DNA of 63,858 nt, counting the filler, from Reticulomyxa filosa (Eukaryota; Protista; Foraminifera): assembly GCA_000512085.1 (NCBI GenBank). It is 16 parts of 16 records of this genome, joined end to end, with 100 filler letters (N's around TTAATTAATTAA, not from the genome) between each part and the next. Parts side by side here need not be neighbours in the genome. Positions count along the whole stretch, not along the records: positions 1 to 9,270 come from ASPP01015216.1; positions 9,371 to 11,598 come from ASPP01019073.1; positions 11,699 to 14,869 come from ASPP01024133.1; 13 more parts are not named here. One strand, given 5' to 3'. Each line of letters begins with the position of its first letter. Positions within the stretch are counted from its first letter, which is position 1. This document shows positions 1 to 11,954 of the stretch, in pieces. Under the pieces are notes generated by a model. It had not been told where the DNA came from, made no database searches, and saw only the letters and a program-made list of their open reading frames with translations. Position numbers and translations under genes: made by a program.

Positions 1-4
1 ATGT

Positions 5-928
5 TTAAAACAGCATAGTAAAAAATTGCAAAAATGAATGTGCTTGAATCTGGAGATTTTCTGTATAATTGTTCCATGTCCTTCTATTCCACACCACTTC
101 AATACTTGTCCACCAATTGGTGCCAGAATAAAATTCTGCAATTATCAAAGCAGAAAACACACTTGCAAATGAGACCATGACAACTGCAACAAGTGAGTAT
201 AAATTTTCAGCAAATGGTATCTTCTTGACACACAGGCATTCAAGTAAAATTACTGCACTAACACCACAAGCACATGCAAATACAAATCCATAAATGATAA
301 TGCCTGGTAATACATGAGTGAATAATACTGATGCATATAAATCCATAACTAATAGGAAAATGAAATTATATAACAGTGACTTTCCTTTTACAAAAATGAA
401 ATTAGATAACGGTGACTTTCCTTTTGCAAAAATAGGACCCCCAGCAATATTTCTCAGATTATAAAGCATTAATCTTTTTCCATTACTACTACTCAACAGT
501 ATTTGTGAATAACATTGATAATGAGTCCACCCGGACAAATCCTTGTTGCCATTGAGATAATTTGCAAAAGCTATCATATCAGTTACTGCCACAATAATCA
601 TAGATACGACTTCGTAACTGACAAAAAAGATTTTGAAACGTTGGTAATATCTATGTTTTGATATTCGCTGGCTCCATTTTTTTACTATATCAAATCGACT
701 TTCTTTCGAAATCAAAGAATCACTTTCAGCACTTTTTGTGTCTGTAGATATTTCCTCGACTTTGTTATCTTCAAAATCGTCCTTTTCGTTAGAAGGATTA
801 TTTTGATTAATTGAAGTTGCTGCAGAGTTTGACGCTAACGCTGACATCAAAATGTATTGCCAAGAGAGACCAATCAAGACAAGTAACCATGGTGTACGAT
901 AAGATTTCAATACTTTTTCACACCCCAT
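5..928 (-). CDS. Hypothetical multi-pass membrane protein
   Basis: Long open frame, likely ATG at 928 (MGCEK...). Hydrophobic N-terminal segment plus several further TM-like stretches. No recognised family motif. Confidence 0.6.
   Translation of the reverse strand: MGCEKVLKSYRTPWLLVLIGLSWQYILMSALASNSAATSINQNNPSNEKDDFEDNKVEEISTDTKSAESDSLISKESRFDIVKKWSQRISKHRYYQRFKIFFVSYEVVSMIIVAVTDMIAFANYLNGNKDLSGWTHYQCYSQILLSSSNGKRLMLYNLRNIAGGPIFAKGKSPLSNFIFVKGKSLLYNFIFLLVMDLYASVLFTHVLPGIIIYGFVFACACGVSAVILLECLCVKKIPFAENLYSLVAVVMVSFASVFSALIIAEFYSGTNWWTSIEVVWNRRTWNNYTENLQIQAHSFLQFFTMLF
357..433. repeat. 36-bp in-frame tandem duplication inside the CDS
   Basis: aaaatgaaattatataacagtgactttccttttaca followed by aaaatgaaattagataacggtgactttccttttgca; encodes IFAKGKSPLSNF / IFVKGKSLLYNF. 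Confidence 0.85.
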
Positions 929-1560
929 TTTACGTCTCTTTCTGTTTTGTGAAAAGAAACTCTGCAGCTTTTTTTGAACAGTTAAGGGTAGTTTTAACTT
1001 AGAACCAACAAAGATTACATTCATTAGTACAGCATGATTAAGATTGTTAAAGAAAAGACTTTTTTTAAAACTGCGTCTTGCAGTTGTTTCAGTTTTTAAC
1101 AAAAATAAAGAGTCAATAATTGGAAAAAAATGTGATTTACATTAATGATGTATACATTTTTCAAAATTGAGTCCAATCAATATAATCCTTTCAATTTAAT
1201 ATAATTCAAAGATGGTGTTCCCATTCAACATACTGAAAAAATTGAAAATGACCATAAAAAAGTTTAAAAGTTTATTATCAAAATGTTGTATGTTCTTCAT
1301 CGGATATTCGATTTAATAAAAAGGAATTTATTATATAATATATAATAAAAGGAAATAGATAGTTGTCCGTAGTTTTAAATTTTTACAATAATGATTATAA
1401 TATTAATTTATGTAATGGTTTCTCTTCGTATTATAGGATAAAATTTTTTTTAAATAAACGATTATTTTACAAAATTGATAAAAATAAACGTAGTTCACAA
1501 TTAGTTCCAGTTAGTTTTTTTTTTCTTTCGAACATTTCTTCATCTAAAAAGCGATCTCAA

Positions 1561-2777
1561 ATGCAATTGGAACTGCTTAAATTTTCAGAAGAAAAAGAAC
1601 TGAAAATCATTATCGAACATTGGATTCGAATATCAAACATTAACTTAGGATGGATTCCTGAATTTGACAAACTTGTTGTCAATTATGTTATGTTTTATTT
1701 ATTTTTTTTTTAAATTATAATAAAATATTTATCATTATAGGCAACTGCAATATTCATATTTGATACATTTCGTATATCATCTTCATTATCCAAAACAATC
1801 TTTGGACACACTTCTTGTGTGTATAGTATTAATTATTCAACATTTAATGTGGTAAATATATTTGTTCTGGATCACATGATACTACAGCTCGTGTATGGAA
1901 TGTAGAAACTAATAAACAAATACAGTTGTTTGATGAACATTCAAGACCTGTATCTTGTACAAAATTTTCACAGTATCATTATTACAATTATCATCAAAAT
2001 ATTGTATGTTCTTCATCATATGATAAAACCATTCGTTTTTGGGATATAAAAAATAATAAACAATTAAAAATATTGAATGAACATACAGATGATATTTTTA
2101 GTATTGAATTTTCACCATTTAATAATGGTAAATATTTATGTTCTGGATCACGTGATGAAACTATTCGTTTATGGGACATTGAAACTTATAAAATATTAAA
2201 TATTTTCAATGGACATAAAAATACAGTTAGATGTATAGATTTTTCATCATTACAAAATAATAATAACAATAACAAGATTGGTGGTAATGGATATGCTATT
2301 TGTTCTGGATCATATGATAAAACTATTCGTATATGGGATATTGAAACAACTAAACAATTAAATATATTTAATGGACATACAAGTTGGGTTACTTGTATTA
2401 AATATGGCTCAAATGAATTAGGAATATTATCTGGATCATTGGATAGTAGTATTCGTTTATGGGATATTCGATCTGGTAAACAAATTCAAGTATTTAATGG
2501 ACATACACATACTATATCATGTGTTGAATATTCACCATTTATAATAAATAATAATAATAATCATCAAAATATTTATGGTAATTCAAATGTAATTTGTTCT
2601 GGATCATATGATAATACTATTCGTTTTTGGGATATTCGTTCAAATAAAGAAGAATTGTATAAAATTAAAGGAGAAAAAAAAGATAATGGAATATCATGTA
2701 TCACATTTTTAAGATTTAATAATGATATTCATTTATACTATGGTTCATATAAAGGTTTTATTCAAATTTGGAGATAG
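1561..2777 (+). CDS. WD40-repeat protein (subfamily with 'ICSGSxDxTIRxWDI' repeats) with conserved N-terminal module; one frameshift
   Basis: Module exon ends at 1686, then GT-AG intron 1687-1740, then about 7 WD repeats (GH...CSGSYDKTIRIWD). A 1-nt deletion near 1849 breaks the frame (sequencing error or young pseudogene). 5' start uncertain. Confidence 0.85.
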
Positions 2778-2904
2778 ATAATAGCTGACAGTGTTATTTT
2801 TTTTTTTTGAAAAACCTTTTTTGATAAAAATAAACAAATGATTTAGTAAATACTTTTTTTTTTGAAAATAGTGAACATAATTGAAAGTAATATTTCATTT
2901 CTAA

Positions 2905-3255
2905 AAATACTTCATGTGAATTATCTTTTTCCAACAATCAGATAAAATCATATTATCATCGAATGGAATATCAATATTTCATTAAATTGAAAGTAAGACA
3001 TTCCAATTCTTGTATTTCCTTACATCTCATAATCAAATTTTTTTAGCTGATGAACAGTTTTTCCATTTGATGGAAATATTACAGTATCTACACGACCACG
3101 ATGTTCTGAAATTTTGTATTTGTTTTCCAGATACAACATTCTATATACGAGTTGTATAATGATCTGGTGAAAATTCTACATTATTTGTCATCGATATATC
3201 CATTTAAAGTATTTATCAATTGAAAATCTTTGATCATTTGAATTTTTGTATTTAT
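2905..3255 (-). pseudogene. Decayed WD40-repeat gene
   Basis: Reverse strand gives fragments NVEFSPD, TTRI*NVVSGKQIQ, EHRGRVDTVIFPSNGKT and I*L*DV, with stops and indels. Confidence 0.7.
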
Positions 3256-3648
3256 CTTTTGGCTTAAGTAACTAATGCTAACTTTTTAGTTTAGGTTAGA
3301 AGTGCGTTAAACATTTGTTCGACCACATCTTTCAATTGAATATATTATCGCCAAAAGATCGTGGATAAAGAAAATCAGATCTTTTATACTTTCAGTCTAA
3401 AGCATGATAGAGCTTATCTGAAACAAAGATTTTTTAGATACATTAGTGTAAATATTGACAAGCTTTAGCGTATCACTTTAAAAAATATCAATTAATTTGA
3501 TTAATTTGCAACTAAATGTAAACGGCGAGTTATACCTTGTCTATCTTTTGTTGATAGCTGTTTTTTCTTGCGCGTCTGCAAGTTCCCCTTTTTTTTTTTT
3601 GAAATATTATTATTATCAAATAGTAAACTTGGCAAACACTTTGTCGGA

Positions 3649-4729
3649 ATGAAGTCGGCAGGAAAGTTGTTCAGAGCAGCAGTGGAGGCGAATAAGCCCT
3701 TGCAGTGTTTAGGTGCAGTGAATGCGTACAGTGCGTTGTTGGCGAAGCAAGCAGGTGCGAAATCGCTGTACCTGAGCGGTTCAGGAGTGGCAACAGCGAG
3801 TCACGGTCTGCCAGACTTGGGGATAACAAACTTGAACGACGTGTGCGACGACATCCGCCGCATCACCTCGATTATGTCGGACGTGCCGTTGTTGGTCGAC
3901 GTGGACACAGGTTTCGGGAGCGCGTTGGGAATACGTCGCTGTGTCCAAAGTCTGATCAAATCCGGTGCAGGCGCAATGCAGATCGAAGACCAAGTGGCCG
4001 AAAAGAGATGTGGCCATAGGCCAGGTACACAATACATATTACACATATAAACATATACATGTACATGTATATGTAATATGTTAACTTCTTTTTAAGTTTT
4101 TTTTTTTTTTTTTTTTTAGGGGAAAAAGGGGGGGGGGGGGTAAAAAAAAGGTTACTAAAAAAAAAAAAAAAAACACCCTTTTTAATTGATTGTTAAAAAA
4201 AACAGGAAAACAAGTGGTGCCGGTGGACGAAATGATAGATCGATTACGGACGGCGGATATGGCGAGACACGAGTACGATAAGGACTTTGTGATAATGGCT
4301 CGGACGGATTGCTATGCGACGGAAGGCATGGACGGACTGTTGGCTCGGTGCGAGCAATACATTAGCAAAGGCAAGGCCGACATGCTGTTCCCCGAGGCGT
4401 TGACGAAGTTGGAGGAGTATAAGACTCTGGCCGACCATATGAAGAAACAAAAGTTGCATGCACCCATTTTGGCGAATATCACCGAGTTTGGAAAGACCCC
4501 TTTGTTCAATGCGCATGACTTGCACAAACACGGTGTGTCCATTGTTTTGTACCCTCTGTCCGCGCATCGTGCCATGGCAAAGGCCGCGCAGATTGTCTAC
4601 AAATCCATCATCGAAAATGGAAGTCAGGCCAAAGTCATCAACTTGATGCAAACTAGAGATGAGTTGTACGAGGCGCTTGACTATTACAAATATGAACGCA
4701 TTTTGGATGAGTTGTTCGAACAAAAATAA
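3649..4729 (+). CDS. prpB: 2-methylisocitrate lyase, bacterial PrpB type (2 exons: 3649-4024, 4206-4729)
   Basis: Motifs [24 protein letters not shown] and MARTD, plus catalytic loop KRCGHRPGK rebuilt across GT-AG intron 4025-4205; also [12 protein letters not shown]. Confidence 0.95.
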
Positions 4730-5075
4730 TTTCTCATTTATCGTTGATACTGTCGTCATCACTTTTTTTTTTTTTTTCCCTTCTCTCTCCCAACTATTCT
4801 CTCTCCCTTCCTTTAAAACACTTCACGCCACTAAATTGGTTTGTGAGTCAATTAAACACTTTTTACATTTTTGCTAAAATAAAATATCTGTTCCGCTTAC
4901 CCACTTCATCATTACTCGCCCTTACTGCTTTTATCTAAATCAATCACTCATAAATCTTGTTCGGTGCTCAAGCGCAAGCTTGTTCTGAACCGCACAAAAT
5001 TCAAAAAAAAAACGGTGACCCTTTTAATATAGCAACTCAAGTTTTTCCGTCAAAGTCCAGATACAATTTGACGAG

Positions 5076-6673
5076 ATGTCAGAAATATCATTAGACCAAG
5101 AATTGGTATTTTCCATGTAATATTTTTTATTTCTGAGTGTAACGTGTCACTTAAAAAAACAAAAACTAAGCTAATTCTCCGATTCCAAGTATTGCGCGAC
5201 TTTGCGTCCAATGCACAAGATCTCCTTTTGTCGGAACTCAAAAGTTACAAGAAGAGTGTTTGTTTGTGCAAAAAAAGGAGTAGAAGATGATTTTTTATTT
5301 TCTTAAAGAAAGAAAATGTCTCTGTCATCATAAATAAATGCGAAATTGCTCCGAGTTAACATCTTAAAAAAAAAAAAAAAAATTGGGTGCAAAAAAAAAA
5401 AAAAGAACACGCAAGAAATTTGACCGACAAAAAGCACAAAGACAGCAAAAAGCGGAAACTGCACGAAGTTTCGGGCTACTCGCATATAGTGGACAATGAG
5501 CAAGCTTCAAAGCACAGGAAAAAGAGAAGGATTTCAACAGAAGAAGATGAAGGTCATCAATGCAAACACGAAGACGAAGACCATCATCACAAACACAGAG
5601 AGAAAGAAAAAGAATTAAAAGAAGAAGAAGGAGAAGAAGAAGAGATAGACAATGTGAAATCGGAAAAGAAAAGCAAGAAACACAAAGATAAACACAAGCA
5701 CAAACACAAACACAAACATAAAGACAAGCACAAAGATAAACACAAGCACAAAGATAAAGACAAGCACAGAGATAAAGATAAGCACAAACACAAACACAAA
5801 CACGAAAAACACAAGTCAAAAAAAGATAAGAAAAACGAAGCTGAAAACACGGATGATACCAAGAAGACAAAGAAAAAGAGGAAAGAGAGGGGACCGTCGG
5901 CTTGGAACTTGTTTCTGTATGTGCCAATGTTTTTCATATGTTTTTTGCTTCGTCAGACAAACTTGATTGCAAAGGGAAGAAAAAAAGGAGGCAGGGAAAG
6001 TTTAACTCTTTTTGGTTATGCTTTTTTTTTTTTTTTTTTTTTTTGGAAATGCAATAGAAAAGGATCATCTCGGAATGTGATGGAAGCATGCAATCAATGG
6101 AAAGCGATGAGCGAAGCGCAAAAAGCGGTTTATTACCAGAAAGCCGATGAATTGAAGAAGCAAAAAAAAGATGACCGAGCCAATGACTCGACAGGTACAC
6201 ATTACCACTCTGTGCACGCACATATATACGTATATATATTCATGTATATGTAAATGTGCGTGCACAGCATAACATACTTTGTTGTTTTTGCCAATATGTA
6301 TATATGATAAAATATTACAAGGTCGTAATGACAATGCTTTTGTGTGTTTGTAGAATCAAAGGAAGATAATGAAGTAGTGCCCAGGTATTGTCACCTTTTT
6401 TTTTTTTTATATGTCCGATACAATGTTGGTATACTCGGATTTTGTCATATTTGAACTTAAAAAAAAAAAAAAAAAAGTGACTTGACCAGCAACGTGGAAG
6501 AAAAAAGTGAAGAGAGAGAACATCTGAGCCCAAAAAAAGACAAGAACCCGCCGGGACCAAAAGTAACCCCCAGCAAAGAGGCTGTGCCGAATGTGCCAAA
6601 GGAGAGCCCTCCTTCTGACTCGAAAGAGGAGGAGAGTGGATTTGTTAGTGATGATGTTTCGAGTGATGAATAA
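5076..6673 (+). CDS. Multi-exon HMG-box protein with Lys/His-rich low-complexity region
   Basis: KKRKERGPSAWNLFL, then after an intron WKAMSEAQKAVYYQKADELKK, matching the HMG-box pattern. Exon boundaries at both ends are inferred. Confidence 0.65.
5678..5814 (+). repeat. Coding hexamer repeat (KH/KD)n
   Basis: aaacac/aagcac/aaagat units encoding KHKDKHKHKHKHKHKDKHKD... Confidence 0.9.
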
Positions 6674-7360
6674 GGGAATACAAGTGACTAGGACTTCCGT
6701 GACGGGAAGGAGCAAATCTTAATGTTCCAAAATAAAAATGTAGTGTTAATGTAGTCACACCTATTTCGTTGTTTCATTTTGTGGAGAGGTTTGGGCACAG
6801 GTGCACTATGCACTTTTTTTTTTGTTTTAATACACTGAAACAAATATTTGCTGTGTAATACAAAACCCTGCTTTTTATGAAACAGTTTAACATTGTTACT
6901 TCTACTAAAAATTGTCTTTTGATTTCGTAATTAGAGATGTTGCTGAGGTGAGGTATCCCAAAAAGAATTAAATATTGTGTATACAATTTTTTCAATGGAA
7001 AAATATAAATTTAAAAACACAACAGTCCATTTTTTAAAAAATATTATCGTTATCGTTTTGGATATCTCGAAAATAAACTATTTTACTCAAGATTAAGAAC
7101 ATCTTTACGTGGAAGGAGTCCCAAGCAACTAGTTTCTGGGTATTATTAGTTTTTTTTGTAAAACAAGGAGACAACAATTCGTTTTTAAAGCATCTATGTT
7201 TGATATGTCATTCTTTTGATATAAGCAAAAGTAAAAAATGAAAAAAAAGAAGAGTATAAACATACAATTGGTAAGAGGCAGCTTCTAAGAAATCTACTTT
7301 ATCTTTGCGAACAAAGAAAAAAGAGTTTTTTGCTTCATATTGCTTACCTTTAAAAAAAAG

Positions 7361-8414
7361 TCGGAAAAAGAAACAAAGTTAATAACGCAGTATTGGAATC
7401 GGATTTTAAATGTGAAATTAGGATGGATTACTGATTTCGATAAAATTGTTGCAAAATATGTATGTGATATCTTTTGCTGTTAGTACTAGTGTCGATGTTT
7501 ATGGTAAAATTAGTTTACGAATCTAAAACACAGAACAGGTATTTTCAAATGTTGAAACTTTTTCAAGGACATAAAGATACAGTCCTATGCGTAAAATTTT
7601 CAGCAGACGGTTGTAAGCTTGTTTCAGCATCAGCAGACAAAACAGTTCGAATATGGGATGTTGCATCAGGAAAACAAATTCAAATTTTCAATGGGCATGC
7701 TGATTGGGTCAAAACTGCCGAGTTTTCATTGGATGGACAATGATCGTTTCATGTTCATATGACAAAACAGTTCGATTATGGGATGTAAAATTAGGAAGAG
7801 AATTGATGAAATTGCAAAGATTTTTATATCCAACGGATTGTGTAAGCCTTTCTCCAGACAATAATACCATTGCATCAAGCTCGAGTGACAAAACAATAAG
7901 ACTCTGGGACGTAAATTCTGGAGAAGAGCTCAAAAAACTAACAGAATGTCCGAATGGCGTATTATCTGTACAATTTTCGCCAAATGGTCAAATGATTGTA
8001 TCATCGTTCAGTAATGGAACAATTATCATTTGGGATGTAAGATCAGGTAAACAGTTGAAGAAATTAATGGGATATACAGACTATGTAGAGCATGTAAAAT
8101 TCTCTCCAGATAGTCGATTGATTGTATCTGGTTCGTGGGACACTACAATCCGAATATGGGATGTAGAACTGGGAGAAACATTAACAATATTGGAAGGAAA
8201 CTCAGATATTGTGCATGATGTAACATTTTTTCCGGATGCACAAACTATAGCATCTTGTTCAGAAGATATTATTCGTTTGTGGAATGCGAAATCAGGTTAT
8301 GAAATACAAACATTGGAAGGACACTTTGGTTCGGTAAGAAGTGTGGATGTTTCACCAGATGGCAATATGATTGTATCAAGTTCCTCTGACAAAACAATCC
8401 GACTATGGGGATAA
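7361..8414 (+). CDS. WD40-repeat protein ('FSPDG..IVSxSxDKTIRLWD' subfamily) with the same N-terminal module; one frameshift
   Basis: Module exon 7361-7459 (SEKETKLITQYWNRILNVKLGWITDFDKIVAKY), intron 7460-7533, then 7 WD repeats. One A is missing near 7740 (caa[a]tg). Upstream exon unresolved. Confidence 0.85.
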
Positions 8415-8896
8415 CATAACTACACCAAATATATTGTTTTTAAAAATTAAGATTTGGGTGAAGTAATCAAATTATTGTTTTCTGAAATTGAAATTGTTCC
8501 ACCATTTTTTTTTTTTTTAAAAGTTTTCAAGCCAATCTCAAATAACAACGACAAAATTTGAATTTTCTATCAGTTTCTAACGATCTCTTTCACAAAAATA
8601 ATTATTTTTGTGTCATCTTTAAATTTGAATGACACATCATTAGCAAATGGTACAATTGTATTTCCTTGTTTTTTTTAAACCGAATACAAATAAATTTTAT
8701 TGTACAAAGCTGATCAACAATGACTTTGATATCTAAAATGTCATCTCTATGTTATACCATAAAATACAAATGGGATTACTTCATTATTGCAAATTTTTCT
8801 TTTGTATAAAAATTTCAATTGAAAAAGTATTTCAATTATAAATGAAAATTCTCACAAAAATTTACTCATTTAATTCACTCAAAGAATAAAATGATG

Positions 8897-9270
8897 CTAT
8901 CCCAAAATATGAATTGGGCCCTTTCTTGAACCATAACACAAATTAATACTACAGTCAACATCATCATTGCTTTTTTTTTTTTTTTTTAATTGTAGAAATT
9001 TAAGACAAATTATGCCACGATCTTGATCACATCCTTTGATAACATGCAACTCACTATTATTTGATCGAATATCCCAAAAGCGAATTGTATTATCATCTGA
9101 TGCAGAACATATCACATTTGAACTACCACCAAATTCGATGTTATTTACTATAAATGGTGGATATTCAACAGCATTTATATAATCTGTATGTCCTTTAAAC
9201 AATTGAATTTGTTTTTCGGATCGAACATCCCACAAACGAACACTTTTATCTAATGATCCAGATAATATTG
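8897..9270 (-). CDS. WD40-repeat protein, 3' part (truncated by contig end)
   Basis: LSGSLDKSVRLWDVRS...SNVICSASDDNTIRFWDIRSN; paralogous to the gene at 1561-2777. Confidence 0.85.
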
Positions 9271-9370
9271 NNNNNNNNNNNNNNNNNNNNNNNNNNNNNN
9301 NNNNNNNNNNNNNNTTAATTAATTAANNNNNNNNNNNNNNNNNNNNNNNNNNNNNNNNNNNNNNNNNNNN
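9271..9370. other. Artificial contig spacer N44-TTAATTAATTAA-N44 (first of 15)
   Basis: Identical 100-bp spacers with six-frame stops start at 9271, 11599, 14870, 19698, 21515, 22977, 30265, 31452, 33064, 34335, 50767, 55870, 57292, 60419 and 62379. Confidence 0.99.
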
Positions 9371-10636
9371 ACTTTTTGCCAATTCAACAGTGTACAAAAC
9401 GAGCGCAATTGGAAGACGCCATTTATGGGGTTATGTGGACGCACTGAAAGATTTGGCCGCTCAAGAATATCTTTCGACAGTTTTTGAATGCATTGGCGCA
9501 ATATTATTAACATCAAATACATTCGGATAATGAGCAACCAATATTAATCTGATTTGCTTTGTTTTCAGAAAATGTCCTTGGTTAAAGAAAATGTTGATGT
9601 CTTTTGATAAAGAGTTCAAGAGCTGTTCCTTTGTTCAAAAAACTTGTGTTTATCATTAAGATGTATCCACAGGTCATGCTTGTTACTTCTCTGTCTTCAA
9701 ACATAAATTATTTGAATTTTTTTGCACAAAATGTGGTGTACGAACAATCAGCAAATGGATGTATGCGCTGTCTTTCACGTTCCCAATAAAGTCAAGAAAA
9801 TTCAACAAAATTTTATAACAAGAGAATAGCTCATCTTAGAATACCCAAAAAACCAAATTTCTCTCAATTAACAACAAAAAATTGCATAAAATCTCTCAAT
9901 TATTCAGAAAAAAGCTGCCTTCTTTTTTCTGCCTCAGACTGCTTTTTTTTTCTGTCATGTGATATCACTCTATTTCGATATTTACACGACATGCGTGTAC
10001 ATACGTAATTTGATGCTTTACCTCTTTATTTAAAATTTCCCACTGTCAACTGTCAAAGTTTAGGTCAGATGATTAGCAACTGTGTTTATTATTTTTTTTT
10101 AATATTATTTTATTGTGTATATATTATGACCATATAATAGTTCGTGTATTTATCAAAAGAAAGTTTTGTGAAGAAATTGAATTCAATGTTCACCCTTGAA
10201 CGTTGTAACAACAGCCAGTGTTGCTTTGCACTACAACTATATGAATTTTCTTTTTACATTGAACTAAATGACTTTTCATCATTAATTAAAATAGTTTGAT
10301 TATTTTATAATAAAACACGCTGCTGATGTCAAGAGAAACAGATCAAGCATATTATTTTTCAAAGTAGCTACTGGTAATACCATTCCATTTTTTAAAAAAA
10401 CACAATAAGAAATTGTAACAAATCGGAACAATACAGGGTTGTTAATTTCTGAAAAAATTTTATAACATATGTCACAGTGGGAATAACAACCAGGGCAAGA
10501 AAAAAAACAATTTATTTTAACAAAAAAACTTTGATGTAATCAAAATTAACCCTTTTATGAGAGGAAAAAAAACCAACAGACAATTTATTTGGCTGTGACT
10601 TATGCAAATATAACACTTGTTCTTTTCATACGACGA

Positions 10637-11454
10637 TCACATCAAACCAGCTGTGTCAAAGAGTGAGTTGTGAAAAAATCAGAACAAATAAAGATTGTGT
10701 TTTGTGTATCCACATACCTATCCAAAAAAAAAAAAAAAAAAAATTAACATCTCTGTAAGCTCCAGTTTACAACAATATGCTGTACATCATGGAATACTTT
10801 TTTCACATTTGCGGAATCAGTGGCTTGGGTGATATGGACGTAAATCTCACGATCATTAGGTCTCTGATTTTTGCTTTCAAATTGTTTGCGAACGTAATTC
10901 AATGCTATTTCATAGTGTGCATGTCCAAAAAAAAAACAAACAAACGTATGTGTATTGCTTTTATAAAAAAAAATAGACCATTAAGAGAGTTTTTTTTTTA
11001 AAGAAAAAAAAAAAGCCAGTTTGAATCATAAAAAAAAAAAAAAACAACATTCCCTCCCATAAAATTTTTTCGTACATTCATCATAGTCTTGTGATCCGGT
11101 GTAATCAGAAAAGCAAACGGAGATAGGCGTTTCTTTCAGTCTTTCTTCGAATACGTCATTTTTGTTCAAAAACAGAATAAAAGCGGTGTTTTGGAACCAC
11201 TCACTGTTCAAATGTTCGTCAAAGATCTGCAAAGAGTCTTGCATTGAATTCAATTCTTCATCTTCAAAAGTCGCCTCGTTGTAAGAGCTCAGCGATACCA
11301 CAAACAACACTGCCGTTACGCTATCGAAAAAGTGGATCCATTTTCGTCGTTCATTGCGCTGTCCACCTACATCAACCACTTTAAATTTTGTTTTATCCAA
11401 CTCGAATTCCTTCTCCGCCATGCCTGTTGTTCGATAGCGAACCAGCAATAAATC
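10637..11454 (-). CDS. Heterotrimeric G-protein alpha subunit, 3' part (exons 11454-11076, 10904-10749, 10650-10637)
   Basis: Switch I LLVRYRTTG, DVGGQRNERRKW, LFLNKND, G5 box HITQATD, and C-terminus SLQRSGLM* after splicing. Confidence 0.95.
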
Positions 11455-11731
11455 CTAAGTCATTACCAAAATCATATCATACAATATCATTTTATTTTTA
11501 TTTTTTAGCAACGTTACCAAAAAAAAAAAAAAAAATTGATTGCAATGTGCAAAATTTTTTTTTTCAAAAAAAAAAAAAAAACTGTACGTATACTTTTTNN
11601 NNNNNNNNNNNNNNNNNNNNNNNNNNNNNNNNNNNNNNNNNNTTAATTAATTAANNNNNNNNNNNNNNNNNNNNNNNNNNNNNNNNNNNNNNNNNNNNTT
11701 TTAAAAAAAAAGAAAGAACAAATGAACTAAC

Positions 11732-11954
11732 ATAATTGACAACAAGTTTATCAAAATCTTTGATCCATCCTAATTTAATGTTTAATGTTCTAATCCAATA
11801 TTTAATAATTACTTTGATTTCTTCTTCTGACAGATTTACCTAAAATTACAGTCAATCAAACCTTAAAAGTAACTCTTTCTGAAGGATAGGTTAAAACGGA
11901 ATGTACCGCTGATTGTTGTGTTGATGGCGCTTTTTTACTGATAGAATTTCCCAT
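11732..11954 (-). CDS. 5' exons of a module-bearing (probably WD40) gene; truncated by contig end
   Basis: Exon 1 MGNSISKK...RVTFK (11954-11862), putative 22-nt intron, exon 2 VNLSEEEIKVIIKYWIRTLNIKLGWIKDFDKLVVNY (11839-11732), then a GT donor. Confidence 0.75.

Noticed and set aside
5364-5937. Antisense ORFs with CVCV/LCLC repeats, and similar shadows at 43867-44625, 35027-35461 and 62490-63508
   Set aside because: Stop-free shadows of repetitive or GC-rich coding sequence on the other strand or frame.
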